Shown here: one piece after another, positions 1 through 8,328 of the stretch
Numbering within the stretch: position 1 is the stretch's first letter
How the letters are laid out: each line of letters starts with the position of its first letter
Origin: Candidatus Saccharimonadota bacterium
Lineage (GTDB): Bacteria > Patescibacteriota > Gracilibacteria > UBA4473
Length of the DNA: 32,000 nucleotides
NCBI GenBank assembly: GCA_020632335.1
Contig: JACKFV010000002.1
Span: 30,001 to 62,000, forward strand
Direction: 5' to 3'
Program-made: the position numbers and the translations under genes
Notes under the pieces: model-generated
Databases searched by the model: none
What the model was told of the DNA's origin: nothing
Seen by the model: the letters and a program-made list of their open reading frames with translations, nothing else

Positions 1-117
1 ACAACCAAAGGGAAATACGAGATAAAGAAGAATGAATGGTATAATGAACGGTGTAAACCAGGAAAATTCTACTTAAGACGTATTGGGGATTATAAATTTT
101 ATATTTCTGAAATTTGA
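1..117 (+). CDS. hypothetical protein, 3' fragment (gene continues left of the window)
   Basis: Frame 1 is open from base 1 to TGA at 115-117 (...KPGKFYLRRIGDYKFYISEI*). Codons are AT-rich, unlike the backbone. A hairpin plus T-run follows. No recognisable motif. Confidence 0.3.
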   Translation, partial: TTKGKYEIKKNEWYNERCKPGKFYLRRIGDYKFYISEI

Positions 118-135
118 AATTAACGAATACTATAA

Positions 136-167
136 GCTGCTATTCACTGTGGATAGCGGCTTTTTTT
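136..167 (+). terminator. Rho-independent terminator between the convergent AT-rich ORF and der
   Basis: Stem GCTGCTAT (136-143) / ATAGCGGC (153-160) with one G.U pair, followed by TTTTTTT at 161-167. Confidence 0.5.
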
Positions 168-173
168 CTGTCT

Positions 174-1595
174 CTACTCACTGTCGTTATCTCGCAGGGT
201 GAGCTTTATCGGCGTACCGTGGAAGCCATACTGCTTGCGCAGGGCGTTCTCTATATAGCGCTTGTAGGTGCGGTGGAAGGCCTTTGTGGTATTCACATGG
301 ATGACAAAATGCGGTGGCGAGACGCTCACCTGCGCCATATATTTCATCTTGCCCTGGCGGTTCTGGTAGCTGGGCTGCACATGCCCGTAGTAGATCTCGG
401 GCAGGAACTGGTTGAGCTCAGAGGTAGAGATGCGCTTGCGGCGCTCGGCTTGTACGTTACGGGCATTCAGCAGGAGGGTCTGCGTGCCCTTGCCGGTGTG
501 TGCGGAGAAGAACACCACCGGGGCCCACCGCGCAAAGCCGATCTTCACCCCCATGTAGTGCAGGTAGCGGCGCTTGATATCGTTGAGGTCCTCGCCCCAC
601 ATCTTCACCTCGGCTAGCTCTCGGTCATCTGACTCCTCCTCGGTACGGCTTTTTTCGTATACCAGGTCAAATTTATTCACCCCCAGTATGAGCCCCTTGC
701 CGGCGTCTACTACCTCGCCGATGATGGTGAGGTCCTGGTGCGTGACCCCGTCCAGAGCGTCTAGCATGACGATGCACACGTCACTCCGCTCAATGGCCTG
801 ACGGGTACGCACCGTGCTCCAGTACTCCAGAGATCTCCCTACCTTGCCCTTCTTCCGCAGTCCGGCGGTGTCGATGAGGACGTATTCATGCCCCTCAGCG
901 TCGGTGTAGGGGGTGTCGATACTATCGCGCGTGGTGCCAGAGACCTCGCTCACAATGCTGGCGTGCGAGCCTAGCAGCTGGTTCGTGAGCGAGCTCTTGC
1001 CCACGTTGGGCCTCCCGAGGAAGCACAGCCGCAGCGGAGCGGTCTCGTCTGGGGTGGGGGCGGTAGTGCGCAGGGCCGGGTAGCCGCGCTGGGTGAGTAG
1101 CTGCTCGAGCTCCTCCTCCATGGCCGCTACGCCGTACCAGTTTTTACCGCTCACGGTATGTGGCATCCCAAAGCCCATCTCCGTCCATTGCAGCACGCGG
1201 GCCTCGTTGCCGTCGTCTATTTTGCTAGCGAGGAAGAGAAAATCCTTACCAGATTTGCGCACCATATCCGCCACCAGGTGGTCCTCACTGGTGGGGTCCT
1301 TCGTCCCGTCTACCATAAATAGCAGCACATCGGCCTGGCTGAGCGCGAGCTTGGCCTGGGTCTGGATCTCCTGCTCCAGGCTGTCACCATCGTTATTGGT
1401 CAGCCCAGCGGTGTCGATGAGCAGATACGCGTGCTGCTCGCCCTCTACTTTCATCACCACGCGGTCACGGGTCGTCCCGGCAATCTCGCTCACAATGCTG
1501 CGCTTCTCTCCCGCCAGAGCGTTGAAAAGCGTACTCTTACCGACGTTCGGCCGGCCGATAATGGCGACTTGTGGCAGGGCGTGGAGGGGCTGCAT
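174..1595 (-). CDS. der: ribosome-associated GTPase Der/EngA
   Basis: Two tandem GTPase domains, each with a P-loop (GRPNVGKSTLFN and GRPNVGKSSLTN) and a DTAG motif, plus a C-terminal KH-like tail. 473 aa is the typical length. Confidence 0.95.
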   Translation of the reverse strand: MQPLHALPQVAIIGRPNVGKSTLFNALAGEKRSIVSEIAGTTRDRVVMKVEGEQHAYLLIDTAGLTNNDGDSLEQEIQTQAKLALSQADVLLFMVDGTKDPTSEDHLVADMVRKSGKDFLFLASKIDDGNEARVLQWTEMGFGMPHTVSGKNWYGVAAMEEELEQLLTQRGYPALRTTAPTPDETAPLRLCFLGRPNVGKSSLTNQLLGSHASIVSEVSGTTRDSIDTPYTDAEGHEYVLIDTAGLRKKGKVGRSLEYWSTVRTRQAIERSDVCIVMLDALDGVTHQDLTIIGEVVDAGKGLILGVNKFDLVYEKSRTEEESDDRELAEVKMWGEDLNDIKRRYLHYMGVKIGFARWAPVVFFSAHTGKGTQTLLLNARNVQAERRKRISTSELNQFLPEIYYGHVQPSYQNRQGKMKYMAQVSVSPPHFVIHVNTTKAFHRTYKRYIENALRKQYGFHGTPIKLTLRDNDSE

Positions 1596-1601
1596 AGCCG
1601 C

Positions 1602-1607
1602 AGTATA
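1602..1607 (-). promoter_or_regulatory. -10 hexamer TATACT, 6 nt upstream of the der ATG (leaderless layout)
   Basis: The minus strand reads TATACT-gcggct-ATG. Confidence 0.45.
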
Positions 1608-1619
1608 GGGGGGAAAGAG

Positions 1620-1633
1620 GGGCTGTACAGCCC
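1620..1633 (-). terminator. 14-nt perfect palindrome GGGCTGTACAGCCC just downstream of the M23 peptidase stop; possible weak terminator
   Basis: Perfect self-complementary 14-mer, 13 nt after the TAG at 1646-1648. The downstream tract is pyrimidine-rich (CCTCTTTCCCCCC) rather than a clean U-run. Confidence 0.3.
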
Positions 1634-1645
1634 TTGTGTGATGAA

Positions 1646-3406
1646 CTAGAGCAGCCCGTCGATCACCAGCGCTGCCTCCGCACGGGTGATGGGGTCGTCG
1701 GGTCGCACGAGCCGTTCCTCAGGGAGGAGGCGGTGGGTGCGGGCATAACGCTCATACGGGGCTTGCCAGATGTCGCCCGGCTGGTGCTCGAGCTCCTCCT
1801 CGCGGCTGAGGCTTGTAATGCTGAGCTTGAGGAATTCCGCCAGCGTGACGCTCTTCTCTGGCCGGAAGGTATCATGGCTATAGCCCGTCACAATGCCCTT
1901 TTTACTCGCAGTAGCCACCCAGGGGATGTACCACGCGCCTCGCTCCAGGTCTCGGAAGAAGGGAATAGTGCTCGGCTCCAGCGACGTCTCACTGGCGCTT
2001 AGCACCACTTTGGTGGCTTCGGCGCGGTTGAGGGTGCTCTCTGGGCGGAAGCTCCCATCGCTATACCCCGAGAAAATCCCAGCCGCTGAGAGCCTCCCCA
2101 GCACGCTCCGCAGAGTAGTCCCGGGGGCAACATCTGTGAAGCGTGGCGCCACGATGGGCACTGCATTGCTGTTGTCATCGCTACTGGGGCCGCTGAGCAC
2201 GCTGCTATTGGCCGTCTCTACCACGGGAGTGACCGGCGCTGGTATGCCCCGTGGACGCGGCGTACTGCTCTGCTGGGAGGGGGGAGGCGTCAGCCGTAGT
2301 GGCCGTGGAGTGCTAGTGTTCTCCTCTGGCACCGTGCTGGCGCTGGGGAGGAGCGGCTCGGGGAGAGGGGGTTTCTCGGCCGGGAAGCGCTCTACAGACA
2401 CCAGTGCGCTATCCAGCACCCCTACGCTGGCTACCTCTACCAGGGGGGCGTCGTGTAGGTGCGCGGTCACAAACGCCACCGGGTGCACGCTATAGCGGCG
2501 GATGTTGTCTTGGTTCAGGCCCTCTCGCACGGCCTCGAAGGTACTGCTGATGCCGCCCTCTTGCATATCTGCCCAGGTAAACGGCCAGTAGGGGTAGAAG
2601 GGCGCGGAGTCGGTATCCAGCTGGAAGTGCAGGTGCGGCGCGGTGGCCATGCCCGTCTGCCCGCTCTTCCCGATGAGCTGCCCCTTCTCTACCCGGTCTC
2701 CCTCGGCTACCAGTTGCTCAGAGAGGTGCGCATAGCCGCTGTAGAGCGTGGTGGTCTGGCCGGGGTTTTGCGGGTCGGGGACGTTCGGGTGCGCGATGAC
2801 AATATGCTGCCCAAAGCCATCTGGCGCGCTGTCTCTCTTCACTACCAGCCCTGCAGCGATGCTCTGCACGGGGGTCCCCACGGGCATCTTGATGTCTACC
2901 CCCGGGTGTGAGCCGCTCCACTCGGTGCCATCTAGCGCGTAGTTGCCGGCGTAGGGGACGCTCCAGGTGACGTAACTATCCACGTCGCCCGCGGCGGCGG
3001 TGTCATAGTATTGCCCGCGCGCAAAGGCCGCCAGGTCATATGCGGGCAGCGGCTGCAGCTTATGCTGTGGGATTTCCTCATACCGCATAAAGCGTTCTGT
3101 CTCGGTCAGCTCGCTCCATTTGGGTACATACTGCACGGGGTAGACCGTCCCCGTGAAGGGAATATAAGTGCGGTGCACGTCTATGAGGCTGGTGCGCAGG
3201 TAGTAATTCAGCATGCCGCGGTCCAGCAGCTGGAAGAGAAAAAAGCTCATCAGCGCGGCTAGCAGCAGTCCATAGGCCTCGTACGGGTGTTCTTTAAAGA
3301 AGCGAAGAAAGCTCCCCCGCGCCACCGGTGTGCGCCGGAACCCCGGGCTAGGCACGGCCTCACGTATACGGCGGATGCTATAGTGGAAGGGTTCGGAGGG
3401 CATCAC
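1646..3406 (-). CDS. M23 family metallopeptidase with Pro/Ser/Thr-rich linker and three C-terminal SLH repeats
   Basis: M23 motifs HPGVDI and HLHFQL. N-terminal TM segment. SLH-like repeats FTDVAPG...GIFSGYSDGSFRPESTLNRAEA, FRDLERGAWY...GIVTGYSHDTFRPEKSVTLAEF and ...PDDPITRAEAALVI. The start is GTG at 3406 or ATG at 3403. Confidence 0.85.
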   Translation of the reverse strand: MMPSEPFHYSIRRIREAVPSPGFRRTPVARGSFLRFFKEHPYEAYGLLLAALMSFFLFQLLDRGMLNYYLRTSLIDVHRTYIPFTGTVYPVQYVPKWSELTETERFMRYEEIPQHKLQPLPAYDLAAFARGQYYDTAAAGDVDSYVTWSVPYAGNYALDGTEWSGSHPGVDIKMPVGTPVQSIAAGLVVKRDSAPDGFGQHIVIAHPNVPDPQNPGQTTTLYSGYAHLSEQLVAEGDRVEKGQLIGKSGQTGMATAPHLHFQLDTDSAPFYPYWPFTWADMQEGGISSTFEAVREGLNQDNIRRYSVHPVAFVTAHLHDAPLVEVASVGVLDSALVSVERFPAEKPPLPEPLLPSASTVPEENTSTPRPLRLTPPPSQQSSTPRPRGIPAPVTPVVETANSSVLSGPSSDDNSNAVPIVAPRFTDVAPGTTLRSVLGRLSAAGIFSGYSDGSFRPESTLNRAEATKVVLSASETSLEPSTIPFFRDLERGAWYIPWVATASKKGIVTGYSHDTFRPEKSVTLAEFLKLSITSLSREEELEHQPGDIWQAPYERYARTHRLLPEERLVRPDDPITRAEAALVIDGLL

Positions 3407-3414
3407 ATCAGCCT

Positions 3415-3420
3415 AGCATA
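3415..3420 (-). promoter_or_regulatory. -10 hexamer TATGCT, 8 nt upstream of the GTG start of the M23 peptidase
   Basis: The minus strand reads TATGCT-aggctgat-GTGATG. Confidence 0.35.
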
Positions 3421-3441
3421 CTTTCTAGTCAGCTGCCTAGT

Positions 3442-3466
3442 AAAAAACACGGTATCTCCCTGTGTG
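3442..3466 (-). terminator. weak candidate terminator after ligA
   Basis: The minus strand reads ACAC-agggagataccg-GTGT followed by TTTTTT. The stem is only 4-5 bp. Confidence 0.3.
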
Positions 3467-3474
3467 AGGCTCCT

Positions 3475-5505
3475 TCATGACCCCAGCATCTGCACCGTAG
3501 TCGCCTCATCCCACACTTCGGTGCCCAGCTCCTGAGCCTTGGTGAGCTTACTGCCGGGCTTCTCCCCCACGATGAGCACGTCGGTCTGGCCACTCACACT
3601 ACTGCTGAGGCGCCCGCCGTACCGCACCAGGAGCGTCTTCAGCTCAGCGCGGCTATAGTGGTGGAGCGTCCCGGTGATGACAAAGCTCCGCCCAGAGATG
3701 CGCGGGTGCGTGCCACGCGCCGTCTCCTCGGGTAGGGTGATGGTCAGCCCCACGCGCGTGAGGTCCTCCAGCAGCGTGGTGTGAGCCCTCACCCAGTGCA
3801 GGAATTCCTCCGCCACCGCCTGGCCGATGCCGTCATGCTCTGTGAGCGCCTCTTTGGTCAGCGTCTGGCAGAGCCTGCTGAGCTGCTGGAGGAGCCCTGG
3901 CCCCGCGTGCAGGCCGTGGGTCTGCAGCAGGTGGGTGAGGGAGCGGGCGGTCTCAGTGCCGATGAGGGGGATGCTCAGCGCGCTGAGGAGGGTGTCGAGT
4001 TGCAGGTGCTTCCTCTGCTGGAGGGAGTTTATAAGGTTTTGTATCTTTTTCTCTTTATATCCCTCTAGGGTAGAAAGCACGGTCTCGTCTAGCCGCCAGA
4101 GGTCTGCCACCGTGTGGAGGTGCCCGCCCGTCAGCAGCTGGGTGACCGTCTGCCGCCCCAGCCCGCGGATGTCTAGCACACCGGCCAGGTACACCACTTT
4201 CTCCAGCAGCTGTGCGGGGCAGTCGTCGTTCTCGCATCGCCACTGGGGGCCCGTCATCTGCAGGGGCTGCCCGCAGGAGGGACACTCGCTGGGCAGTGGT
4301 ATGGGCGTCTGAGTCCCATCCCGCAGGCCCAGGAGCGGTTCCACGATTTCGGGGATAATATCGCCCGCCTTCTGCACCACTACGCTATCGCCCAGCAGGA
4401 CGCCCTTGCGCGCTATTTCATCGGGGTTATGCAGCGTTGCGCGGCTGACGGTAGAGCCGTCGATGAGCACTGGGCTGAGCTCCGCCACCGGGGTGAGCAC
4501 GCCGGTACGCCCCACCTGCCAGGTGACGGACTCCAGCCGAGAATACTGCTGCTCGGGCGGGAACTTAAACGCTACCGCATAGCGCGCGGTCTTTGCGGTG
4601 TAGCCCAGGCGCTCCCGCAGCGCAAAATCATGCAGTTTGACCACCACGCCGTCGGTGTCATACGCATAGCGGTGGCGGCCCTGCTCCGCGGTGCTGAGAA
4701 ACTGCACTACCGCCGCGATGCCCTCGTGCAGAGAGAAACCCTCCGCCACCGGCAGCCCATAACGAGTAAAGAGCGCAAAGAGCTCTTGCTGCGTGGTGGG
4801 CGGTGTGGGGAGGGTATGCGCCCCCAGCGCGTAGCAGCGCATCTGCAACTGGCGCTGGGCGGCCACGGTGGGGTCCAGCTGACGCACGGTACCGGCGGTG
4901 AGGTTACGCGCATTGGCGTAGCCCTCGGCATGCAGAGCGGCGAAATCCTCCCGGGTGATGAATACCTCGCCCGTGACCTCCATATCCACGGGGTCTGAGA
5001 GCTGGTGGGGGAGGGAGAGAATCGTAGAGATGGCGTGGGTGATGTCCTCGCCGGTCTGGCCGTCGCCACGCGTGAGCGCCCGGGTGAGCTGCCCCTGCTC
5101 ATACCATAGGGTTACGTTGATCCCGTCGATCTTCCACTCGGTGCTGTAGGGCAGCGGAGCCTCCTCCCCAAGCCCCAGGTAGCGGCGTACCCGAGCGTCA
5201 AACTCCTGCACTTGCTCCAGCGTGAAGCAGTCGCTCAGGCTATAGCGGCGGGTCTTATGCGCGTATTTCTCCAGCGGGCCACTGCTCTCTACCGGGCTGC
5301 CGACCTGCTGCGTGGGGCTCTCTGGCGTGATGAGCTCGGGGTAGGCGGCCTCCAGAGCGAGGAGTTCTTGCTTGAGCTGGTCGCGGATATCCTCAGAGAA
5401 GAGCGGCGTCTGCCCGTTGAAATACGCTGCGTTGGCCTCTCGTAGCTCCTGCTGCAGGTGCTGAGCACGAGAACGGGCACTGGCCAGGGTCTGGGGGAGT
5501 TGCAT
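3475..5505 (-). CDS. ligA: NAD-dependent DNA ligase LigA
   Basis: Adenylation motif EWKIDG. Cys4 zinc finger CPSCGQPL...CENDDCPAQ. HhH region and C-terminal BRCT (GRSFVITGTL). 676 aa. Confidence 0.95.
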   Translation of the reverse strand: MQLPQTLASARSRAQHLQQELREANAAYFNGQTPLFSEDIRDQLKQELLALEAAYPELITPESPTQQVGSPVESSGPLEKYAHKTRRYSLSDCFTLEQVQEFDARVRRYLGLGEEAPLPYSTEWKIDGINVTLWYEQGQLTRALTRGDGQTGEDITHAISTILSLPHQLSDPVDMEVTGEVFITREDFAALHAEGYANARNLTAGTVRQLDPTVAAQRQLQMRCYALGAHTLPTPPTTQQELFALFTRYGLPVAEGFSLHEGIAAVVQFLSTAEQGRHRYAYDTDGVVVKLHDFALRERLGYTAKTARYAVAFKFPPEQQYSRLESVTWQVGRTGVLTPVAELSPVLIDGSTVSRATLHNPDEIARKGVLLGDSVVVQKAGDIIPEIVEPLLGLRDGTQTPIPLPSECPSCGQPLQMTGPQWRCENDDCPAQLLEKVVYLAGVLDIRGLGRQTVTQLLTGGHLHTVADLWRLDETVLSTLEGYKEKKIQNLINSLQQRKHLQLDTLLSALSIPLIGTETARSLTHLLQTHGLHAGPGLLQQLSRLCQTLTKEALTEHDGIGQAVAEEFLHWVRAHTTLLEDLTRVGLTITLPEETARGTHPRISGRSFVITGTLHHYSRAELKTLLVRYGGRLSSSVSGQTDVLIVGEKPGSKLTKAQELGTEVWDEATTVQMLGS

Positions 5506-5522
5506 TGGCAGGGATTCTCTGG

Positions 5523-5529
5523 CATACTA
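5523..5529. promoter_or_regulatory. overlapping divergent -10 elements: CATACT (+) for ORF 5535 and TAGTAT (-) for ligA
   Basis: The plus strand reads CATACT-agggag-ATG(5535). The minus strand reads TAGTAT (5529-5524) 18 nt upstream of the ligA ATG (5505). The two hexamers occupy the same base pairs. Confidence 0.4.
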
Positions 5530-5534
5530 GGGAG

Positions 5535-6014
5535 ATGCGACTGCTGATCAACCGTCTTTCTCTCGCTACTCGGCGCGCTGTGGCACTCCAGGCTGACCCC
5601 AGCGCAGCGTTGCTCACGGCCGAGAAGAGTGCCGAAAACCCCACTCCAGCGGCAGTGCTCCACCAGGCGCAGGCCATAGCGGAGGCGCTCCACCTGCCCG
5701 AGGATCCCCAGCCCCCTACGCTGGAGGACGCCGCCCATACCGTACTCTCCGCCCCAGAGCAGCACTATGCCGCGCTCTTCTCGCTGTGGGGGGCTCTGCT
5801 GGAGGCCCCTATCCCGCAGGATCCTCTGGCTGCACTGGCACTGGAGGAGAGCCTCACCGGCGTACGAGAGATAGCCCTGCGCGCAGCTCTAGCCCAGGGG
5901 CAGGGCGCTGAGAGTCTCTCCCAGTACTACCACAAGCACCAGGGCACCTGGCCAGCAAAACCCTATAACGAGCGCACTGTGTCCCGCGCTATCCTCACCG
6001 GGGCGGCGGCTTAG
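5535..6014 (+). CDS. hypothetical protein (Ala/Leu/Pro-rich, 159 aa from ATG 5535; a TTG at 5505 is also in frame)
   Basis: The ORF exactly fills the gap between ligA and the convergent gene. It has GC3-rich codons like its neighbours and a -10 hexamer 6 nt upstream of the ATG. No recognisable domain. Confidence 0.5.
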   Translation: MRLLINRLSLATRRAVALQADPSAALLTAEKSAENPTPAAVLHQAQAIAEALHLPEDPQPPTLEDAAHTVLSAPEQHYAALFSLWGALLEAPIPQDPLAALALEESLTGVREIALRAALAQGQGAESLSQYYHKHQGTWPAKPYNERTVSRAILTGAAA

Positions 6015-6853
6015 GCCTGCTCCATACGCCAGTATCCCTCGGCCTTCTCGGCAAAGGTGATATTCAGTGGGTTGAGCACATGGGAGTTCTTGGAGCGGAT
6101 CTTATAGTAGGAGAAATCCAGCAGCAGCGACGCATAGAACTGCAGCGCACGGATATAGAGCTGCAGGTACTGCTGCTCGGGCGTGAGTGACTGGAGGAGG
6201 TAGTCGTGGTTATGGCGCCGCAAGAGCGCATAGAATTCCACCAGGTAGTCCCAGCTGTGGTGCTGGGTCAGCTGCGGTTTACTCACTAGCAGGCTCAGGC
6301 TCTCTATCGTAGTGGCAAAGTACGCCTCCCACTGCTGGAGGAACGCCTGCACAGTGTCGGCGATGTCGCCCTCCTCCTCACCATCACCCCCATAGGGCCG
6401 CAGGGTATCAAAGTAAGTGAAGTAGCGCTCGTTCTCATGGAGGAACTCCAACCGGTGAGTATTCTTCTCCTCCTCACTCATGTGCTCCAGGTCTTGTAAG
6501 TGGAGGATATGCGTACGCTGCTCATAAAGCTCGATGAAGTCCCAGATGAGCACGTCCAGGCTGTGGCGCTCCAGTTTCTTCACAAATTCCTTCTTCTTCT
6601 CCCACGTCAGCAGGCGCTGCTCTTTGGTCTCGCGCAGGGGTTTGACCACCTCCTCCACGATGATGATGGTCAGCCCGATCTCGATAAACGCTATACCCCC
6701 ATGCCCGAGGAGAAAATTATCCCCCTCAGCAAAGAGGTGCTGCGTGTAGAGGATGACGCACATCACCCCAAGGAGGATAAAGAGAAAGGCGAAAAAGAGC
6801 CCCGTATGCTCGTGCAGCCACTCCCGGAGGATATTCGAGTATCGCGTCTTCAT
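6011..6853 (-). CDS. hypothetical membrane-anchored protein (2 N-terminal TM helices plus a helical, acidic/His-rich soluble domain)
   Basis: 280-aa ORF beginning 6 nt after the tilS stop, so probably co-transcribed. Hydrophobic runs LFFAFLFILLGVMCVILY and GIAFIEIGLTIIIV. No recognisable family. Confidence 0.65.
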   Translation of the reverse strand: MKTRYSNILREWLHEHTGLFFAFLFILLGVMCVILYTQHLFAEGDNFLLGHGGIAFIEIGLTIIIVEEVVKPLRETKEQRLLTWEKKKEFVKKLERHSLDVLIWDFIELYEQRTHILHLQDLEHMSEEEKNTHRLEFLHENERYFTYFDTLRPYGGDGEEEGDIADTVQAFLQQWEAYFATTIESLSLLVSKPQLTQHHSWDYLVEFYALLRRHNHDYLLQSLTPEQQYLQLYIRALQFYASLLLDFSYYKIRSKNSHVLNPLNITFAEKAEGYWRMEQA

Positions 6854-6859
6854 GTACCG

Positions 6860-7786
6860 CTATGGTAGCAATTCCTCCCAGCAGAGCAAGCCGCGCCGGA
6901 GCTGCAGCGTCACCCCCCCGAGCCGCTTCCTCGTGCCCCCCTGTGGCTGGGTCCGCAGCCACCGCAGCGCGTCATGCAGCTCTCGCGTGCCCACTGCCTG
7001 CCCCGCCATCTGGTACAGCAGCTCGCTCTGGAGGAAGGGATGCAGTGCTACAAACTCCCGCAGCGGGAGAGAATCCCGCTCCAGATACGGCGCCACGGTA
7101 GCCCGCAGGTAGTCGCTCAGGCGGGCAAAATACGCTGCTGAGCGGCCCATTACTTGGTCGAGATGCGGTGTGATGTGCTCGCACTCGGGCACCACGGCCT
7201 GCCGCAGCCGGTTGCGCGCGTAGGAGGTATCGGCGTTGCTGGGGTCCTCCAGATAGGGCACGGCGTACGCTGCCGCATAGGCGATGAGCGTGGATTTGGA
7301 CAGGGGCAGTAGCGGCCTGGTGCTGGGGTCTAGGGGGCTCAGGCCATGCGCGCTAGCCCCGGTGATGAAGCGGTAGAGCATGGTCTCGGTGAGGTCACCG
7401 GCGTGGTGGGCCGTCAACACGCGGTCTACGGGTTCGGTGGCGATGACCTGCGCAAAAATCTCCTGCCGAGCCGCTCGCCAGGTGGCCTCTTTATTACTCG
7501 TGGGTGGGGGAGGCAGGTGGTAGACCCGGCAGCGTATCGCCTGCTCCGCGCAGTACTGCTGCACCAGCTGCAGCGCCGCATCAGCATAGTGGCCTGTGCC
7601 GTGGTGTATCTGCAGCGCGAGGAGATGCTCTGGCCCCACCAGCTGCTGGTAACTATGGAGGAGCACCATGCTATCCACCCCGCCACTGACGGCGATGCAC
7701 ACCGGAGTGCGACTGGCCAGAGAAGCCTCATGAAATGCCGCTATGGTAGGGAGTACAGCGCTAAGCTCGTGCATCTGCTGCTGCAC
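6860..7786 (-). CDS. tilS: tRNA(Ile)-lysidine synthetase TilS
   Basis: PP-loop motif SGGVDSMVLLH near the N-terminus, with a typical TilS N-terminal ATPase region. The GTG start at 7786 overlaps the upstream stop by 1 nt. An alternative ATG lies at 7774. Confidence 0.85.
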   Translation of the reverse strand: MQQQMHELSAVLPTIAAFHEASLASRTPVCIAVSGGVDSMVLLHSYQQLVGPEHLLALQIHHGTGHYADAALQLVQQYCAEQAIRCRVYHLPPPPTSNKEATWRAARQEIFAQVIATEPVDRVLTAHHAGDLTETMLYRFITGASAHGLSPLDPSTRPLLPLSKSTLIAYAAAYAVPYLEDPSNADTSYARNRLRQAVVPECEHITPHLDQVMGRSAAYFARLSDYLRATVAPYLERDSLPLREFVALHPFLQSELLYQMAGQAVGTRELHDALRWLRTQPQGGTRKRLGGVTLQLRRGLLCWEELLP

Positions 7787-8220
7787 TAGTAGGGCCGCAA
7801 TGGCAGGCTCTCACACACGATACCGTCGTGGTCGCGGTCCAGCCCATGGACGTCGTTCCCGACGCCTCCACAGTCCTCAAAGACCAGCTGCGCCTCCTCA
7901 CGGTACTTGAAGTTGGCGCAGTTGAGGTTGACCGCGTTGCACTGGTCACCGATCAGCCAGGTGCCGTTTTCGGTCTGCTGCACCATAGACTCGGGCAGGC
8001 TGCCGCTCTCGATGAGTTTGCCCAGGTCAATATCCGTGCCGGATACCTCCAGACCCAGAGCCACCATTAGCACAATGATGAGCCCGAGGAGCCACAGGCG
8101 GAACTTCCCCCAGAAGACATACAGCAGCACGAGGATGAGTAGGAGCAGTCCCATCACCCCGAGCCGCCACCAGCGGTTACGACGCATGAGAGCGAGTGTG
8201 TTTTTCGTCTGAGCCTTCAT
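7786..8220 (-). CDS. membrane protein with C-terminal Excalibur calcium-binding domain
   Basis: Two N-terminal hydrophobic helices. C-terminal CANFKYREEAQLVFEDCGG...GLDRDHDGIVCE matches the Excalibur DxDxDGxxCE signature. Confidence 0.75.
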   Translation of the reverse strand: MKAQTKNTLALMRRNRWWRLGVMGLLLLILVLLYVFWGKFRLWLLGLIIVLMVALGLEVSGTDIDLGKLIESGSLPESMVQQTENGTWLIGDQCNAVNLNCANFKYREEAQLVFEDCGGVGNDVHGLDRDHDGIVCESLPLRPY

Positions 8221-8226
8221 ACGGAG

Positions 8227-8232
8227 AGCATA
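8227..8232 (-). promoter_or_regulatory. -10 hexamer TATGCT, 6 nt upstream of the ATG at 8220
   Basis: The minus strand reads TATGCT-ctccgt-ATG. Confidence 0.45.
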
Positions 8233-8290
8233 GCGGGATTTTCTCCTAGAGCAAGGCGTAGAGCGATACCGCTAGCGCGGGGCAGTCTGC

Positions 8291-8320
8291 TTGTACTTTC
8301 TCCGCAAAATGCAGTAGTAT
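8291..8320 (+). promoter_or_regulatory. promoter of the GH15-ROK operon: TTGTAC-18 nt-TAGTAT, 8 nt before the ATG
   Basis: TTGTAC at 8291-8296, TAGTAT at 8315-8320, ATG at 8329. Confidence 0.5.
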
Positions 8321-8328
8321 AGAGCTAC

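Noticed and set aside
5289-5765. 158-aa minus-strand ORF spanning the ligA start region
   Set aside because: It overlaps the 5' end of ligA out of frame and the ligA promoter. It is Arg/Ser/Gly-rich and has no start context. The plus-strand ORF 5535-6014 explains the region better.
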